Assembly: GCA_951406725.2 (NCBI GenBank)
Contig: OX597824.1
Span: forward strand, 124,001-188,000
Source of the DNA: Octopus vulgaris
Lineage: Eukaryota
Direction of reading: 5' to 3'
Length of the DNA stretch: 64,000 nt
This document shows, piece by piece, positions 1-12,919 of the stretch. The position numbers and the translations under genes are program-made. The number at the start of each line of letters is the position of its first letter. The first letter of the stretch is position 1. The notes beneath the pieces were generated by a model, which had not been told where the DNA came from, ran no database searches, and saw only the letters and a list, made by a program, of their open reading frames with translations.

Positions 1-218
1 TAAACAAACAAACAAAACTAACTAGCAAAAAGAAATCTATAAATCTTCTGCCAGATATTTCTCGAAATTTTAATAAAACTCCATCCTTCATTCAGTCAAA
101 ATACAACAAAATCTTTCAGTGTAAAAGGGAAGAGGCAAATAAAAAAAAATCCAGATGATCGAACAATGTAAATGAAAAATATGAAGTCTTTTTCTTTTTT
201 TAATGACGTAGAATAGAA

Positions 219-600
219 CTAGCAGTATCGCCCGGCGTTGCTCGGGTTTGTAAGGGAAATAACTATAAAGCATTTTTAGAGAGTTATAGCCAAAAAATAG
301 AAAAAAATGGAAAAAAATTATGGTAAATTTTTTTTGAGAGTTAAAACGGTCGAGTTGCATCCCCTAGACAGTCTGTGGTTTGTGTTTCTGATTCTCGACC
401 CCATGTTGAATTTATCGATTTCTTTCAGAACTGGGGGAACTTTTCAAAATCTTCGCTGCGTTAGTTTTGAATTATGACATTGGGCTATGTGTGTGTCAAG
501 TTTCATCAGAATCGGTTGAAAGCCATGGTCAGAGTGAGGGTACAACCTGACAGACACACAGACACACACACAGACAAACTGCCGTTTATATATAGAGAGA
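219..600 (-). mobile_element. Non-autonomous Helitron, family 1 (short copy)
   Basis: Minus strand starts TC(TCTCTATATATAAACGGC) and ends with hairpin CCCGAGCAACGCCGGG then ...CTAG. Flanked by A218/T601 with no TSD; removal restores a (TAGAA)n-like run. Both ends match 19544-20327. Confidence 0.9.
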
Positions 601-814
601 TAGAATAACAGAATAGACCAGATTGCAAAATTCTACAATTCGGAAATCTCGTAATGTTTCGTAAGATTGACTCCATTGTTATATTATTCTATGTATACTA
701 TTATCGTTGTTTCACTTCCGGTAGCGTCATTTTGAAATTGCTAACTGTAAAACGAACCCATAACCTATTAACATTTTTCTTTGAAAAGCAAAGTAAGATT
801 TAAAAGAAAATAAT

Positions 815-1104
815 TATACATACATACATATATACATACATGTATGTGTGTGTGTATACGCGTGTGTGTGTGAAACGATTTCACATAAGTGAAGAATGTG
901 TACACACACACACACACACACACACGGAGATATGTTTATATTTATAAGTATAAGTATATATGTATATATGTATATACCTATTATATATATGTGCGAGTAT
1001 GTATATGTGTGCATTGTATGTACGTACTATGTATGTATTTATGCATGCATGCATGTATGTATTATGTATGTATGTATGTATGTATGTATGTATGTATGTA
1101 TGTG

Positions 1105-1138
<34 letters not shown>

Positions 1139-1174
1139 TGTATGTATGTATATATATATGTATGTATGTATGTG

Positions 1175-1208
<34 letters not shown>

Positions 1209-1298
1209 TGTATGTATGTATGCATGTATGTATGTATGTATGTATGTATATATATATGTATGTATGTATGTATATATATGTATGTATGTATGTATGTG

Positions 1299-1331
<33 letters not shown>

Positions 1332-1332
1332 G

Positions 1333-1366
<34 letters not shown>

Positions 1367-1454
1367 TGTATGTATGTATGTATGTATGTATGTATGTATG
1401 TGTATATATGTATGTATGTATGTATGTGTATATATGTATGTATGTATGTATGTG

Positions 1455-1487
<33 letters not shown>

Positions 1488-1664
1488 GTATATATGTATG
1501 TATGTATGTATGTATGCATGTATGTATGTATGCGTATATATATATGTATGTATGTATGTGTATATATGTATGTATGTATGTATGTGTATATATATATGTA
1601 TGTATGTATGTGTATGTATGTATGTATGTATGTATGTATGTATGTATGTATGTATGTATGTATG
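815..1664. repeat. Compound (TATG)n/(CA)n microsatellite
   Basis: About 600 bp of near-pure TATG with periodic TGTATA variants; source of the spurious 200-330 aa ORFs. Confidence 0.98.
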
Positions 1665-4103
1665 AAACAATTTTGCAGAAATTAAATGGATGACAGTTTG
1701 GCTTTTTTTTTCTCATTTCCGATGAATGTAACAAGAAGTGTATTGTTATAATTCTTAACATTTCTGTAACTGTTTTTCTTTTCTCTAGTTTTCTTTTATA
1801 ACAGCATAAATCATCAATCATGTAGCACTGAATGTAGGCACGAGATATATCTGCGCGAGCGCGCGTGTGTGCAATGAGGAAGCCATGCGTATATGTACCT
1901 CCGACGGAAGCGAATTGGGAAACATTGAACAAGGTGTGTTTTCGTTTTTCAGATCTTCGTTGCATCACTAATATTTGAGCAACGGGGATTAGTCCTTTTC
2001 CATTATATTCTACAGATCTTCCTATATTTTTAAGTGCCAACGTAAACCTCTTGTTAAGAAGAAAAATTCAAAACATGTAGCGTCCATTTCTCTTGAGATG
2101 GGGTTGAATTTAACGTTTACTGGGTGACAATGTAATCCTTTCATTATCTAGCACACGTAGAGTGGTTTTCGTGTTTTTTTTTTTTGCTTTGAGGGTTGTT
2201 GAGTTTAATATTTCGATCCTTTGCCATTACGAGGAAGTAAAGTAGGAGACATGTTATAACTTCCGTCAAGCCTATTATATATATGTGTGAGGGTGTATAT
2301 GTGTGTATGCATTGTATGTATGTATTTATGTATGCATTATGTATGTATTTATGTATATATATACAAACTGCGATATAGAACAAAAGAATCTCATGTAACA
2401 AAAGATGAAGACACGTCTTGAATCGTTTTGCTTATCTTCACCCATTCTCAAACGAAAAGTCAACGACCGAAAAGTTAGAATCTATATTCCTATAAACAAA
2501 CGGACTTCCAATCTATCTTGAACATTGTTATTGGTTATTGATTTTCTTTTGCTGACACCGTTCATCAACGCTTTCCACGGAGCTTCCCTACCTCTTGTTA
2601 CAACAGCAAAGAAGATATTTTTTATTCCATGTTACAGTCATTGATTACAGGTTTACAATGGAACAATGGTAAGTTTCTTGTATTTCTGAAAGCAAAATTG
2701 TTAATGGATTCGATAGTCAACTCGGTACACAACGAATACATCACAAGTATTTTTAGTTGAATGCCTTCGCTTTTCTGTTTTCGCATCGATGTATGCATCT
2801 GTCGTTGATACACATCAGTGAAAGATGCACGCAAACTCGCTTGCTTATTGTTATCCATTGGATTCGATGACGAATAACTTCTCCTTCGATTGTGGTACCT
2901 TTCATGACTCTCTTGCTCATAAACAGCAGCTACAAATGTGAATGTAGTCGTGCGAGTGACCAAGGAATCACAAATGCATTGTCTATCCAACAACTCGAGT
3001 GACGAAAATACAAAAGCGACGATATTCCATTGTCTTAAACGCGAATGAAGCATCGACTACCACAACGACAGGGACTGTTTCTGAGTTCCAAGATCCATGA
3101 TCCATAACGCGAGCGAATTGATCTTTTCAATGAAACTTTGTGGTGGCGTTAAATGAGAAATGGTGGGGACCATGCATTTTTCAGTGTCGTTATCTTCGCT
3201 GTGAAGAAGATTGAGTTGCAAGTGTGACACAGGAAGATTAGTTCCTCCTTCCAAATGCAGGAGGTCACCGGAAATTAAGTCTGCCGGAAATCGCCTTAAA
3301 GCTGACAACCACAGCTTGTCTTTCTGTCAGAGTTTACTGTCAGCCATTATCTACTTGGACACACCTACATTGGAAGTGTGCAGAGCAGGTTAATCGCTTG
3401 CACCACAGCTAAGAACCCTTAGTTACTTCTCTCCAAGACGGAAACGTATATTTAGAACTTATATCTAATGTGTTCTTCCTTTTTTTAAAGTGGCAGGGTG
3501 TGGTGTGAAGTAGATTTGGCTGCTAATGTTACAGTTCGAACGAACACATATTATAGGCTACCTATATTGAACGATTCTCTCCTCGCTCCTATCTATGCTT
3601 TTCATCTATCATTTGGTGTGAAATTTACCCATGCATATTCTTCTGCTAATCTTTAAGGTTTTATTCAAGTAATCCACTTCAGTTGCTGTACAATCACGCG
3701 CTCTTTTCCCACATTCCACATTCATATTCTGAGGCTTTCTTTCATTTTTCTTTTCAACAATACATTTGATATTAGATTCGTTTTTTGCATTTCTGAGTAG
3801 CGTATGATATATTCATTCTTTCAGAAAGACACGCAAAGGCGGTGTGCGTCGTCGTTATTTTGCATTCATCCAACGCTGTTAGAAATAGAACATTACTGTC
3901 ACTGTTGATATAGAATTTACCGATGATAATATATTTTCTCTTGTGTTGATGTCAAAGTTGCAAATTTTTTCATTCTTAAAAATGTCGATTCAACACTGCA
4001 ATGCAAAAGCGTTATGGATACAAAGTGAGGTTCGTTGAAGAACGATGTGCAGCGAATAATTGTCAAAGCGTGAAAGCCCTGAAAACATTTGGGGATAAAA
4101 TGC

Positions 4104-4152
<49 letters not shown>

Positions 4153-4189
4153 AAGGATCAAACGCCTTCCGAGCCATAAGCGCATGAAA

Positions 4190-4320
4190 CCGGATCCTGC
4201 GGTGTATATTTCCACTCAGTCCGGCGCAGGATTAGTGATTTTGCCAACTGAGTGTTTTGCTCAAGAATTCAATGAATCGCGCGGTCTGTGCAACACCCTA
4301 ACCACTAAACCACGTGTTTC

Positions 4321-4321
<1 letters not shown>
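4190..4321 (-). mobile_element. Degenerate tRNA-derived SINE (family C)
   Basis: Minus strand head GTGGTTTAGTGGTTAGGGTGTTG and CTTGAGCAAAACAC; related heads at ~43260-43355 and ~45055-45130. Confidence 0.5.
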
Positions 4322-4371
<50 letters not shown>

Positions 4372-4559
4372 CACGCGCGCGTCCACACACACACATACAC
4401 TTTGATGACTCTGGACTTTGATTCTACTTCGAAGGACTTTAGAAAGTATCCTCTGCCGTAGTTCTGGGTTGACCAATACCTCCACAGAGTATTTGGATAG
4501 ATGGAATGTGGTACCATAGAGAATCGTGTTAGTGTCATAAATGTTGTCAGGCCATCCAG

Positions 4560-4645
4560 TGGTTGTTGTTATTGCTTGTCCCAGGTCAGCCCTGATTGAA
4601 CACATAATCAAAAGCAGGCAGACCATGATCAGCCTGTTTTAAAAA
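4560..4645 (-). mobile_element. Old short retroposon 3' end with (AAC)n-like tail (family D)
   Basis: Diverged similarity to 6670-6760, 43750-43815, 51860-51985, 54330-54400, 57270-57460 and 60100-60500 (…GACCTGGGGCTAAACAAC-like end). Confidence 0.5.
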
Positions 4646-5080
4646 AACGTTATTCGAACGTTCTAAACGTGTACTTGAGTGGTTGAATTAATCCGTGACC
4701 CTACTTTGCACTAGATGTAGGCCTCTGACCTCTCTTTATTGAGTAACTCTGCTGCAAACATTCAAACTATGTCTCTCTTGTGGGAATAATTCGATATTTT
4801 GATATGATTCCTACTGCAACAGTCAATGGAGACTGGGTAAAGGTCGTGTGTACTTTCTTTCTTCGTCTAAGTAAGTCATGAAAAAAGTATACTTCTGCTA
4901 CTCTAGTTTGACCAGCAGAAACGTTGCCGTGAATTCTTCACAATGATAGAATTAATGATGAGGGATGAGGCCGTGGATAATTCTGTTTATTACATGTTGT
5001 AGAGCTTTGTCTTAATTTATTACTACAGCGGATATGTTTATCGTAGCTAAATTCTGTAACTTGAGAATGATGGAGAAATA

Positions 5081-5420
5081 GGGCGGTGGTCTGGTAGAAT
5101 CGTTAGTGTTGGGATAAAATACTTGCTGGTATTTCTTCCGGCTCTTTGAGTATTGAGTTCAAATTCGACCGAGGTCAACATTGCCTTTCATCCCTTTGGC
5201 TGTTGATAATATAAAATACCAGTCAAGGTACCAGGGTAGAAACAATTATGAGAGCAGTCGATTGGCGGAATCGTTTGAACGTCGGGAAAATGCGCCATTC
5301 GTTCTGCCACTTTATGTTCTATGTTAAATCCTGCCGGGTCGACTTTACTTTTCATCCCTTCGATGTGGTAGGGTGGGTGGTGGCCCTACCCTTAAAATTA
5401 CTGGCCATGAACCAAACAAT
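5081..5420 (+). mobile_element. Two degenerate tandem SINE family A copies
   Basis: GAGTTCAAATTC (B-box-like) plus GCCTTTCATCCCTTT core, present twice. Confidence 0.7.
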
Positions 5421-5636
5421 TATTTAGGTCCTTCTCAGATGTCTAATGCAGGACCCAGATCCAATAATTTCCTCGTCTATATTTTACTCCATCCATGCCC
5501 TTTCCTTCGATGTTAATCGATGTCTTGGCTCCCATAACACAAGCTGGTTGTTTGGCAGTTCCTGGCGTCTCTGGCAGTCAATAGCCTGCCTCATTTCTCA
5601 CTTAACCCTGGTAATATTTCTGTACAGAAATTTATT

Positions 5637-5842
5637 AAGGCGGTGAGCTGGCAGAAACGTTAGGACGTCTGCAGTTACGTTCTGAGTTCAAATTCCGCCG
5701 AGGTCGATTTTGCCTTTCATCCTTTCGGGGTCGATAAATTAAGTACCAGTTACGCACTGGGGTCGATGTAATCAACTTAATCAGTTTGTCTGTCCTTGTT
5801 TGTTCCCTCTGTGTTTAGCCCCTTGTGGGCAATAAAGAAATA
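5637..5842 (+). mobile_element. SINE family A (tRNA-derived, MetaSINE-like central domain) with 11-bp TSD
   Basis: GGCGGTGAGCTGGCAGAA head, GTTCAAATTCC B-box, GCCTTTCATCCTTTCGGGGTCGATAAATTAAGTACCAG core; TSD AGAAATTTATT at 5626-5636 and 5843-5853. Confidence 0.9.
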
Positions 5843-7147
5843 AGAAATTTATTGCTGCTCGTTCTGCTTAATGTAAAGTAATGCTGGTAACATTTTTGTG
5901 TAGAACCCATCCAGAGATATACTCGGGGTGGGGCTCGGGACAAAGAATTTTTTTTTATGTTAATCGTATGGGATCGACAATTATTACAAGGAAACTATCG
6001 ACTAAAATTTAGACACGTACTCAAAATATTCTATTTGCAAAAGCTGACTTGGATTTAAACATCACCACCGCCATTGACAGCAACAACAACAACCACGACG
6101 ATGACGGCGGCGGTGACAGCGAACACAACGACAACGGCCTCTGTTGGCTCACCAACTTAATTCAATATCTTTAATCACTCTGCGGCGCAAAATTTTGTTC
6201 CTGTAACATAGTTATTCCTTTCCTATGCATTCTCAATAACTTCCAATTTAAGATTAATTCTTTTTTTAAAAAATAAACCAGACTGCAATATGATTCAACT
6301 GTTCGAAATACACATCTTATAAGACATTAAATGACCCAAACATCACGTGGCTCTTGTTAATATTTCACAAGTCTTTTGATTAGCGAAATCTATTATCACC
6401 TGGCTTATTAGCTTCCGTAAAATCTTAGCTTTTTTCTACCTTCGATCGAAATACCAAATCGTGTCTTACGAGCCTTGTGCAGCATCCATCACTTGCGCCA
6501 ATTTCTAAATTCCAGACTTCTTTTATTCTTTATTTTATAAGTTTGGATGACTTCAAAAGAAGGCATATTTTCCCAGTATGGCCAGTTTGCGGAATTTTCA
6601 CTCAACAATTCTTTTTTCCAGTTATTATGCTTATGTTTGGTCTTTTACTATGTTTATAAAGATAACACTTAAAAAGACAGGGTAGGGTTGTCACGGTTGG
6701 AACGCCTTCCAGCATACTGGTGCTAGATTAGAGACGAACTGGGGATAAACAACAGCATCACCAGCAGTTGCAGCAGCACCACCATTGACGACGACAACAG
6801 CAGCAGCAGCAACCTTTGACGATAGACCAAGTTAACTCGGTACCGTTCTCCGGGACTCAAAATCTTCTTCTTCCAGCAGTTATTTGTCTTCTTTGCAGTC
6901 TCAATAATTTTCACTGTTGTTTGTGAAAGTCATTTTTTTTCTTTCGAATTAGTAAGTTATAAAGTCACATCGGTTCGTACAAGTTTAACAAAACTCAATA
7001 ATACTTCGAGGGAAACTGATCGCGGTTGATGAGCGCACAACGAAACTGTGTGAAAAGTCAACGTTCTGTGCACGTGCGGAAGATGGTAGAAAGAAGCAAA
7101 AGTAGAAATGATAAGTATCTATATGTATGTATGTATGCATGTATGTA

Positions 7148-7185
<38 letters not shown>

Positions 7186-7299
7186 CACATATGTAATCAT
7201 ATATATATACACTCACACAAATATATATATTTATATATATGCATATATGTATGCATACACACACACACAAATACACAGACAAATATACACGCACGCACG

Positions 7300-7402
<103 letters not shown>

Positions 7403-7837
7403 CGTATGTAACTGTATAAAATTCATTAAAAACATGAAACTAAAAGTAAGATCCAGACATGGTGCTACCGGCCTCTGTTTTGCAAAACGGTAAATTTACA
7501 AAGAGTCGCTGTAAGTGCTACAAACATTTTTGTAAATAACAGAATTATGTGCCTCGTCAGGTAACAGATAATTGGATAGAAATAAATTATCGCGAAGCTA
7601 AGAAATGATAAAACATTTTAGAAAAGTTTCTTCCTTTTCTTGACTTAACGAAAGGAATAATGGACTTAAATTCAAATACTGATTCGTTATTTTTGGAAAC
7701 CTTGTGACGATTTTCATGCGTGAGCGATTTTCATTTGTATTTTGTTTCAATTATGCAAATTACTTTTTCCCTTGTCTTTCTTTTTTTCTTTCTATAAGTC
7801 TAAGTTCTTTGGCGACTTGGGATAACGCTGAAGATCT

Positions 7838-7882
7838 GTCGTTCTGATGACGGCTATTGAGCTAGAAACACTTGTCTACGAC
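7838..7882 (+). ncRNA. Type I hammerhead ribozyme motif (PLE-associated)
   Basis: GTCGT-T-CTGATGA-C-GGCT(ATTG)AGCT-A-GAAAC(ACTT)GTC-T-ACGAC: complete core, 5-bp stem I, GUC cleavage triplet; C.A mismatch at the base of stem II. Confidence 0.7.
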
Positions 7883-8370
7883 TGTACACTTATCTCCAAA
7901 CAATATACTTAGCTTTTCATTAATGGACAATTTTGGAGAATTATCGATTCCCCCTCTCACGTGGAACTGGTCTTAATTGCTATTTGTTACTTATGATACA
8001 TTCTATAGAAGAAGATATAACTTCGACAAAATGTTGTACGGTGTTTGATAGACCTGTATTTGTCTATGTTATTCAAATACATGTCACTGGCCACTTTGAG
8101 TTGTCTTAACTCATTTTCGTTTAAATCATGTGTGTATGTGTGTGTGTTTGTATGTGTGTATCAATATAGCTAAATTTATATCTATATTTGTTCTATATCC
8201 ATCTGTCCGTTTGTCTGTCATTCTGTCTGCCCCCCTCTCTTTCTCTCTCTCTTTCTCTCTTTATGTCTGTGTGTATACACACACACACACACATTATATA
8301 TATTTTTTCAAAATGTGACCTCGTGTGTACCGTTGGCGAATTTCTTTCCCTCTGTCTTCCCTTCTCCTAT

Positions 8371-8405
8371 GTTTCCGACGAAGAGTTCCGCTCGAAACGT
8401 TAAAC
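8371..8405 (+). ncRNA. Minimal hammerhead-like motif (U4C variant)
   Basis: GTTT-CCGACGA-A-GAG(TTCCG)CTC-GAAACGTTA-AAC; palindromic AACGTT in stem III, as in dimer-type minimal PLE hammerheads. Confidence 0.55.
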
Positions 8406-8488
8406 CCTCCTTCTTTCCTTCTTTCCTGAGCGTCCAATAGTACTATAATCTTCGCGTTGTTGTGTTTTTTGTGCTTTCTTGTTTGGAT

Positions 8489-8557
<69 letters not shown>

Positions 8558-8664
8558 GAGAGAGAGAGGGGGAGAGAGGTACACACGAACACAGATATCT
8601 AATTCCTTTTCAGAAATCTACATACATACTAAAAATTTTTTCCCCACAAATTCTAATTCTTTTC

Positions 8665-8872
8665 TACTCAGGGCACATGGCCCGAAATTTTTGGGGAAGA
8701 GGCCAGTCGATTAGATCGACCCAAGTACACAACTGGTACTTAATCTATCGACCCCGCAAAGAGGAAAAGCAAAGACGACCTCGACGGAATTTCAACCCGG
8801 AACGTAAAAACGGACAAAATGTCGCTAAGTATTTCGCCCGGTGTGCTAACGTTTCTGCCAGTTCACTGCCTT
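8665..8872 (-). mobile_element. SINE family A
   Basis: Reverse complement of the family A head and core (…CTGGTACTTAATCTATCGACCCC…TTCTGCCAGTTCACTGCC). Confidence 0.85.
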
Positions 8873-8960
8873 AAATAAATATATATTAAAATGTATGTGT
8901 GTACATGCATAGCTACACTACAAAGATGTGTGCGCGTGTGTGAGTGTGTGTGTGTGTGTA

Positions 8961-9150
8961 TTTGTTTCGGTCATTTAACTGCGGCCATGCTGGAGCACTG
9001 CCTTTAGTCGAGCAAATCGACCCCAGGACTTATTCTTTGCAAGCCTTGTACTTATTCTATCGGTTTCTTTTGCCGAACTGCTAAGTTACGAGGACGTAAA
9101 AACACCAGTATCGGTTGTCAAGTGATGTTGCGGGGACAAACACTGACACA
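8961..9150 (-). mobile_element. SINE family B, 3' half
   Basis: GTTTCGGTCATTTAACTGCGGCCATGCTGGAGCAC…GCTAAGTTACG, matching 28235, 29141, 55805 and 56487. Confidence 0.85.
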
Positions 9151-9652
9151 CAAATACACAAATACACACATACGACAGTCAGGTCGACAGAAAGACAGGC
9201 AGACAGACAAACAGAGAGGCAGACACACAGACAGACAGACTGACAGACGGACAGATATATATATGTGTGTGTGTGTGTGTATTAGATAGATAGTCACCTA
9301 TATATGTATCTATATATTCGTATATGTATACTCATTTATATATGTGTGTTTGTATGTAAGTTTTTTTTCGTGCGTGTGAAGGACCCTACACAGCTGTGCA
9401 TGTATGTATGTACTTTTTAAATATGTATTCACATAAAACTGCATGTTTCCTCTCAAAGCCATTTATAGAATTATGCGTATCTATAAATGTGAAGAGATGA
9501 CCAATTTTACTCAACCTAAAACCTATATATGATATTCGATATTTCAGAGCTGGAAGACATGAAGAACCGCGTATTTTATTGCTAGGAATATTGTTTTTTA
9601 TTAGATGCTTATAGATTTTATCCTCAAACGAATATAATATAATATAATATAA

Positions 9653-9708
<56 letters not shown>

Positions 9709-11665
9709 TAATATACACACCAATATATATATATATATATATTCATAACAAGCTTTGCTGTTATATCGCAACTTTAAATATATTTGACTCGTATAATTTT
9801 GTTGTTTCTGTTGAAGTTTGTTCAATTCCACAGCGTAGCACCTTGGTGCCGTATATATAGATCTAGGTGCTGCGTAGCCTCAATTCAAATGTGATCCTCT
9901 AATCAAAAGCATCCTCACAGTTCTTCTCAGACGAGACTATTCAAAAATGTCCCTCCAGTTTTCTTTATAGACTTTGGCTTCAAATGATTCTGTCAGCTCG
10001 CCGCCTTTCTTCCAGCTTTTATTAAAGACAGATTTGAGAGATTGAGATGTGGTTGCGATTACCAGAAGGTCGAACGCGCCTACATGTCGCGCAATGGAAT
10101 CGATCGTCCACATCGTACACTAAACCCCATTGTTTAAGAAGGAGCCTCTCAACCACTCCGTCATCGTCGTAATGCTTATTCATTCATTTTATGACAACAT
10201 CTATACGCTCCTACAAAACATAGCTCTTCGTATCTTTCAGCTGTAATATACGGAATCATCATTTATTATAAGTTTTAGGATAAATAAAATTGGTCATTTA
10301 ATGGCTCATTCTACCATACGGATCAACAATTCTCATTTCATGGCCAAAGACCCCTCTTATTTAAATGGATTTTCCTGCAGATTCTAGGCTGTGGAAATCC
10401 AATTTTATTAGCAAAGAACAAATTCGTTCTTGTTTTCCCAGTTCTCGACTCAAAAATATGTCAGACTAAATTGTTATAATTAATTAATTAATTAATTAGA
10501 CAGTTTACACCGCAAACTTTTAGCAATTTTGAATACAGCTCCAAGGCCTCTCTGTACAATTTTCATGGAAAGCATAGAGTACCAGGCTGGGAATCGTTGA
10601 CATAAGGGCTCTTTCAATGATTCAGGCTACCACAAAGAGGATCCCTCATTGGGTCGTGCCACTACAATGAGTCTCCCTCATAGACACGTGCAACTACATA
10701 AAGACATTCTCATTAGCTCATCATCAAAGAGAGGCTGGCTCATATCACTAAATAGTAAAGCCTTCATCGGCTTTCTAGTTTGTTTGTTTTTTTCACTGCT
10801 GACTCCATTTTACTTCATTTACACCACAAATTCTCTGCCGCCCCAAGGAAACCATGAGCATCAACATACCCCTTTGTTTTGCCTAAAATCTACTTTCATT
10901 CTACACGACAAAAGAGAACCGCTATGTATGCATGCATTTTAAGACGTATATAATATATTTAACCCTTTGAACCTGCGAGTTCGTTCAGTGGAGCTGATTT
11001 GTTTTATTCTCCTCGTGGAAAACGTAAAACGAGCGGTCACATGGTTTGATGCTTGTGGCTCATTAATTGGCAGAAACATCGTTATTTTCAGCCGTGAATA
11101 CAAATCCAGGGGTTATCGTCATCGAAACCGCGGCTCACAAAATCGTCACTGCCGGTTAAATGGAATGAAAATGGCTGAGAAAGTAGCTCTCATATTGTTT
11201 TCCTCAAAGCCAGAAATCAAGTTTAAGAAAAAATCTTATGAAGCCTAACTGCAATTACATAAATGCAGGCGGTGGTGGGATTAGCAATTACTTAATTAAT
11301 TAAGCAGGGGTATAACAAAAGTGAATTCAAAAGTCCAACCTTCAGTGATATAAGAATGTTAGCAATAACGAGAAATCCTTTTGTTATGTCAAATGTCAGT
11401 CATTGTAAAGTAAAAGAGAGAGCGCTGCCGGAAATCAGATTCTTTGAATTGGTTTTAACTTCCGGTTAAAATCAATTCAACTTATTTACTACATTACTGA
11501 CGCATAAACGTCAAACAATTTTATTGACTTCTCTTGCATGGTAGTGGCCTTTAACTCGAACTAAAAAAATATTTTATGTTGCAGTCATTGATATGCCGGC
11601 ATTACAGACGAAAGTTTTATGTTTTCCATCGCCTCTCTTATGTTTTCTCTCTCTCTCTCTCTATA

Positions 11666-11707
<42 letters not shown>

Positions 11708-11943
11708 ACTCACTTTCTTTCCCCTTCCCTCTCTCTATCTCTCATTTCTTTCTCCCCCACATATATTAAAACAAATATTGGTTTGCTTTAAACTAAGAAC
11801 AAAGAGTTTTATATTTGTTGTGGAATGAATATTAAGGCCTTCATTTGCGGAGAGTATCAGAGGAAGTCTCTTTATGTATGTATGTATGTATGTATGTATG
11901 TATGTATGTATGTATGTATGTATGTATGTATGTTTGTATAATG

Positions 11944-11987
<44 letters not shown>

Positions 11988-12359
11988 GTATGTATGTAGG
12001 TATGTATGTATGTATGTAGGTATGTATGTATGTATGTATATGTCTTAAGAAGTTAAGCAACCATATAAGGGATAGTAAATATACCAATACAATAGTGGAT
12101 GTGTATAATCCCGTATTTACATCCAAGTGCTTACTATTCGACGGCAATGTCACCATTGGATACTAGTCATGGCTGGGATTCATAAGGCAAATAAAAAAAT
12201 GGAGAGAATAAACAATGGACAAAGATCAGCCTGGAAACATTCAATTATATCTATTTGTTAATTGATTACAATCATATGTATAAGTGATCCGAATAAACGA
12301 ACGAAATAACCAAATAAATAAGTAAATAAACAGATAAATAAAAATAAACAAATACTAAA

Positions 12360-12503
12360 CCCTTCCAGCTGTTTCTACCATGGGGTTGCCCAATCTTCCG
12401 AGTTTTCCCTATCACGCCAGTGATATACAGTGATTTTATAAATATTGAAGAAACATTGGACTGGGGTTGGACAATGGCCGAGCCCCAGGGCTTCATCAGA
12501 GAG
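12360..12503 (-). ncRNA. Decayed hammerhead motif with long stem II (PLE pLTR-like)
   Basis: Minus strand CT-CTGATGA-AGCCCTGGGG…TTGTCCAA…TTGGGCAACCCCATGGTA-GAAACAGCT-GGA-AG; cleavage triplet is GGA rather than GUA. Confidence 0.55.
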
Positions 12504-12848
12504 ACCAAGTGTTAGGAAACTAACATGTGGGGAATAAGTTAAAATAATACAGTAAAATAAAAAAATAACATAATTGAAATAGTAAGGAATGGTAAGAACT
12601 TTATTTGAAGGTGCTATTATAATCCATGGTATTACATCTTAAGGATTATAATAGCACCTTCAAATAAAGTTCTTACCATTCCTTACTATTTCAATTATGT
12701 TATTTTTTATTTTACTGTATTATTTTAACTTACTTCCCACATGTTAGTTTCCAAACATTTGGCTTCTCTGATGAAGCTTTGGGGCTCGGCCATTGTCCAA
12801 CCCCTGTCCAATGTTTGTTCAAACCTTATAAAATCACTGTATATCACT
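12419..12848. repeat. Long hairpin / fold-back (arms ~205 bp, 17-nt spacer)
   Basis: 12419-12625 is the reverse complement of 12643-12848; inner ~90 bp identical except one indel, outer part diverged. Confidence 0.95.
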
Positions 12849-12919
12849 TTACGAAATTTATACTCAGGCTAAGCCGGAACAGCCCGATTGCCGGAGTCAC
12901 CACTGATATATATATATAT

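Noticed and set aside
881-2040. Long ORFs (200-333 aa) rich in HTYI/MYVC, and similar ORFs at 20.7-22.5, 30.8-31.3, 38.4-39.7 and 55.2-56 kb
   Set aside because: Translations of stop-free microsatellites, open in most or all frames.
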